A stretch of 64,000 nt of DNA, from NCBI GenBank assembly GCA_002269645.1, contig NIVC01002604.1:62001-126000 (forward strand), in the 5' to 3' direction. The stretch comes from Macrostomum lignano. Taxonomy: Eukaryota. The notes under the pieces were generated by a model, which made no database searches, was not told where the DNA came from, and saw only the letters and a list, made by a program, of their open reading frames with translations. Below are positions 60,760 through 64,000 of this stretch, one piece after another. Positions within the stretch are counted from its first letter, which is position 1. Each line of letters opens with the position of its first letter. Made by a program: the position numbers and the translations under genes.

Positions 60760-61828
60760 AAGTAAAGAATTTAATAAGGGCCTAAATATGTAGTAAACCA
60801 TTAGCACAACATCAGTGACTATAATGCAATTATTATAAAAGACAAAGTAAAGCCCTATGGGGCCTAGCCGCCTAGGTATAGGCCTAGTATAGGTTATAGG
60901 ACAAAAGCTATATTTTAATTTAAAATAAATAAAATGATGAAGTCAGAGAAAAAAGGCACTTTATTAGGCCTAAAAAATTCTAAATTAAATTTGCAGTTTT
61001 CCCATATAAGTTTCGACGCTGACTTGGCAGTATTGTAGGAGTTCACTTGCTACATACAGACAGACAGACAGACAAACATTGCACCACTTTTAGTATAAGG
61101 ATATATTCTTAAATGTAGCCGTACTTCTTCCATGATTAACTTTCTTGAGTACTACTAACTTACTACTAGTACTAACTAGGCTAATGTCAAGGACTCACTT
61201 TTATTGCTAACCTAAATCCAGTCAAGAAAATAGTCAAGACAAGAGTCAGATGTCAGACAAGTCAACTATCACTACTCTTCACTAGGCCTATCACGAATTA
61301 AAGCACAATAACTTTGCCATAGGACTAAAAGCACGAAGAAGCATTATCTTAATAATAAAGGCTAAACTTTAAGATAAAAACATGCAGTTAAGTGAATCAG
61401 AAGCCCAGCACACAAATTGGAAACAAAAAAGAAAGTTGATAATTAAAAATTAAACAACTTTCTGGTTTGTCTCAACTCGAATTACGAGGCAAATTCATCC
61501 CGCCAGGCCAATCTGGTATTGGAATTGGAACTGGAACTGACTGGAGTCATCCTAGCCAACCCGACACGACAACAAAAAACTTTTTGCTTCTTTCAATTTT
61601 GTAAATACGTGCGCGCCCCCGTGATCAGTTGAAAACACACTCCAGTCAGTTTATTTAAAATTAGCATTCAATTTTTGTAACAACTGAACAAAACAAAGTG
61701 AAAAAGTTTTTAGATGCTGAAAAAGGATCTAATAATCTTTTTAAGATAAATACTTTAAGGATTTTTTACTTTTAGACATTGAGCTTGCATGCTTTTCAAG
61801 GTTTCGCCCGAACAGAAAGCATTAACAC

Positions 61829-61996
61829 TTATTATTGTTATTATTATTAAACAGACGCTGGCTCAGGGGTCAGCGAAGCACCCGTTGGTGGAAAACAAGC
61901 TGAGTCCAGCCTAGCTGCAGACTGAGGGGTAAGGCCCAGAGCCTGCAAGTCAGTGAGAAAGGTGTCAGTCAGAGTGGTGCAGCGCGCCCCGGCGGA
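61829..61996 (-). mobile_element. 5'-truncated LINE-like 3' end with (AAT)n tail
   Basis: Minus strand reads RRGARCTTLTDTFLTDLQALGLTPQSAARLD, loosely like the GRP.TTW.D.I..DL..LGL C-terminus of RTE/L2-type ORF2, followed by aataataataacaataataa. Confidence 0.4.
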
Positions 61997-62921
61997 GTCA
62001 AATTAAAAGTACAATTGCTCGTAAAAGTACAAGTATTCATACAGTGTAATCGCAAGACTACCCAGTCGCAATTCGGCTTTATTATCAAGCCTAAAAACAT
62101 CAATCCAAACGCCTTTAAACATGTCAAAAAGCATATCTAAATATATGTGCTAAGCAGTAAGGATGACTTTTTTACTAAAGCATTTTGTCGTACACATGCA
62201 CAAGCAATTGTTGCATGCAAATGTACAGTACAAATGTAGTAGTATATTTACATACGTATATTTGCATACGTACATACGTACAGGTACATTGTAGGTATAC
62301 TGCCGTCTAGATTTAGTTTACTGGCTTGTATGAGTCCCCATGGGCTTTTAATTGTTCCCATCTAGACCAAAGACTAAGATCCTCGAAAACATAAAGGATT
62401 CCATTCGAATTTGAGGATATGGTAGCGATTAAAGGAATCTAATGAAGTCTCAATCAGCAAAATGGGCCTTCTCAAAATCTCGTTTCGGCTACAGGCTACA
62501 GTCGATCTCGACTTCGCAAACAAAAGAGTGAAGCAAGATATAGTGCTCGGTCATGGATTTTAAGACAATTTCATTTAGTACATTATACTAGAATTCGGGA
62601 ATCGGGAAGGAATTTACATGTAATTTTATGTGCACAGAATTTAAATTTCCCCAATAAAGAAATTAAGCTAAGTGCTGTTTGCGAGGAAGTTTTAGAAGGT
62701 CGCCGGTCAGATACAATAACAGTCCGGACTTCCGTAATACACATGTACAGTAGTTCACGGGGTTGAAACGTAGAGTGGCTATAATTGATATAGCTTGACT
62801 TTTTTCTAGCGCAGTGAATCAGCAATGGAAGTCAGTTCCGCTGGCGCCTGTCAATCTTGAAAAGGGTCAATAGATGGCGCTGCAGTTCAAACGGTTGACA
62901 GGGGATCAGATTCGCCCTTAC

Positions 62922-62961
62922 CATGTCCGGGCTCTGATGCAGGCCATGCACGCTGCTCCAT
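62922..62961 (-). CDS. MAP2K4: Candidate first coding exon of MAP2K4 (MEQRAWPASEPGH)
   Basis: aagATGg context and G|GTAAGG donor in phase 1, which matches the phase-1 acceptor ttccag|gg at 50141. The joined CDS would be 397 aa. It sits in a CpG-rich, promoter-like patch. Confidence 0.5.
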
Positions 62962-63233
62962 CTTGGCCGTCAAGCGCTTGACGAACACGCGAATCGGTTG
63001 TCGCCGCCAAGGTCCGAGGTGTTTAGCACTTCATTGATTTAGTCGTGATTGCTCTTCTACATGTATAGCATGTCGACTACAGCCTTCTACTATAAGCTGG
63101 TGTAGTTTGAAGGCGTGTCAATTGCACGATTATTTCTGTCCGGCCGGTGTAAACTCTTATGAATAGGCAGAAAAAGTGCAAAGCGCCAAAAGTACTTGAT
63201 TTACTTAAAAAGAAAGTCGCTTGGACTGATGCG

Positions 63234-63712
63234 GGTCACTGAGAGTCACTTGCATCAATTTGCGGGTCACTGAGAGTCACTTGGATTGATGCGGGTCATT
63301 GATAGTCACTTGGATCAATTTGCAGGTCACTGAGAGTCACTTGGATCAATTTGCAGGTCACTGAGAGTCACTTGGATCAATTTGCAGGTCATTGAGAGAC
63401 ACTTGGATGGATGCGGGTCACTGAGAGTCACTTGAATCAATTTGCGGGTCACTGAGAGTCACTTGAATCAATTTGCGGGTCACTGTGAGTCACTTGAATC
63501 AATTTGCGGGTCACTGAGAGTCACATGGATCAATTTGCGGGTCACTGAGAGTCACTTGGATCGATGCGGGTCATTGAGAGTCACTTGGATCAATGCGGGT
63601 CACTGTGAGTCACTTGGATCAATGCGGGTCATTGAGAGTCACTTGGATCAATTTGCGGGTCACTGAGAGTCACTTGGATCAATTTGCGGGTCACTGAGTG
63701 TCACTTGGATCA
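63234..63712. repeat. 29-31-bp minisatellite, ~16 copies (gcgggtcactgagagtcacttggatcaattt)
   Basis: Seen directly. Confidence 0.92.
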
Positions 63713-64000
63713 ATTTTTTACAGTCCATCTCTGTAGTAGAGACGAAAGTGAAGGTCTTTACGCCAATACTACTAACAAAGCTAGTAAAGTTTATACAAAT
63801 AAAAAGTAGTACTACAAACTTTTTCAAACGTTCCAAAAAGTTCATTTATTAGCTGAAATTTCTTTTAAAATCTTATTTAGATTTTTTTACTCGGGATCTT
63901 TCGATCGAATGTCAAGAAGTATTTATTGCCATGTAATTTTGTTTAATCGCTGCTCCCAGATTTGCTTCCGTTGCCATAATGTTCTGCCCGCATTATGTAT

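Overview
This is animal genomic DNA with spliceosomal introns, not prokaryotic DNA. GC-rich exons with poly-Ala/Gln runs and minisatellite-packed introns suggest a Macrostomum-like flatworm (inference only). I hand-spliced five genes: WDR35/IFT121 (+, 11 exons, 1178 aa), tankyrase (-, 5 exons, 1331 aa), an ATRX-type ADD-domain protein with no SNF2 helicase (-, 3 exons, 758 aa), a TMUB-family protein (-, 2 exons, 501 aa) and MAP2K4/MKK4 (-). There are two orphan ORFs: a myristoylation-motif gene nested antisense in tankyrase intron 1, and a single-pass membrane ORF. Mobile DNA includes hAT-type MITEs, tRNA-derived CORE-like SINEs, two decayed long-TIR mariners, a SPIN/Charlie hAT relic and a foldback element enclosing TTAGGG repeats. 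The most unusual signal is a ~9.5 kb block (51.2-60.6 kb) that has lost nearly all CpG and whose transposon relics also show a CpA/TpG->TpA mutation bias resembling fungal RIP. All counts and alignments were done by eye and are approximate.
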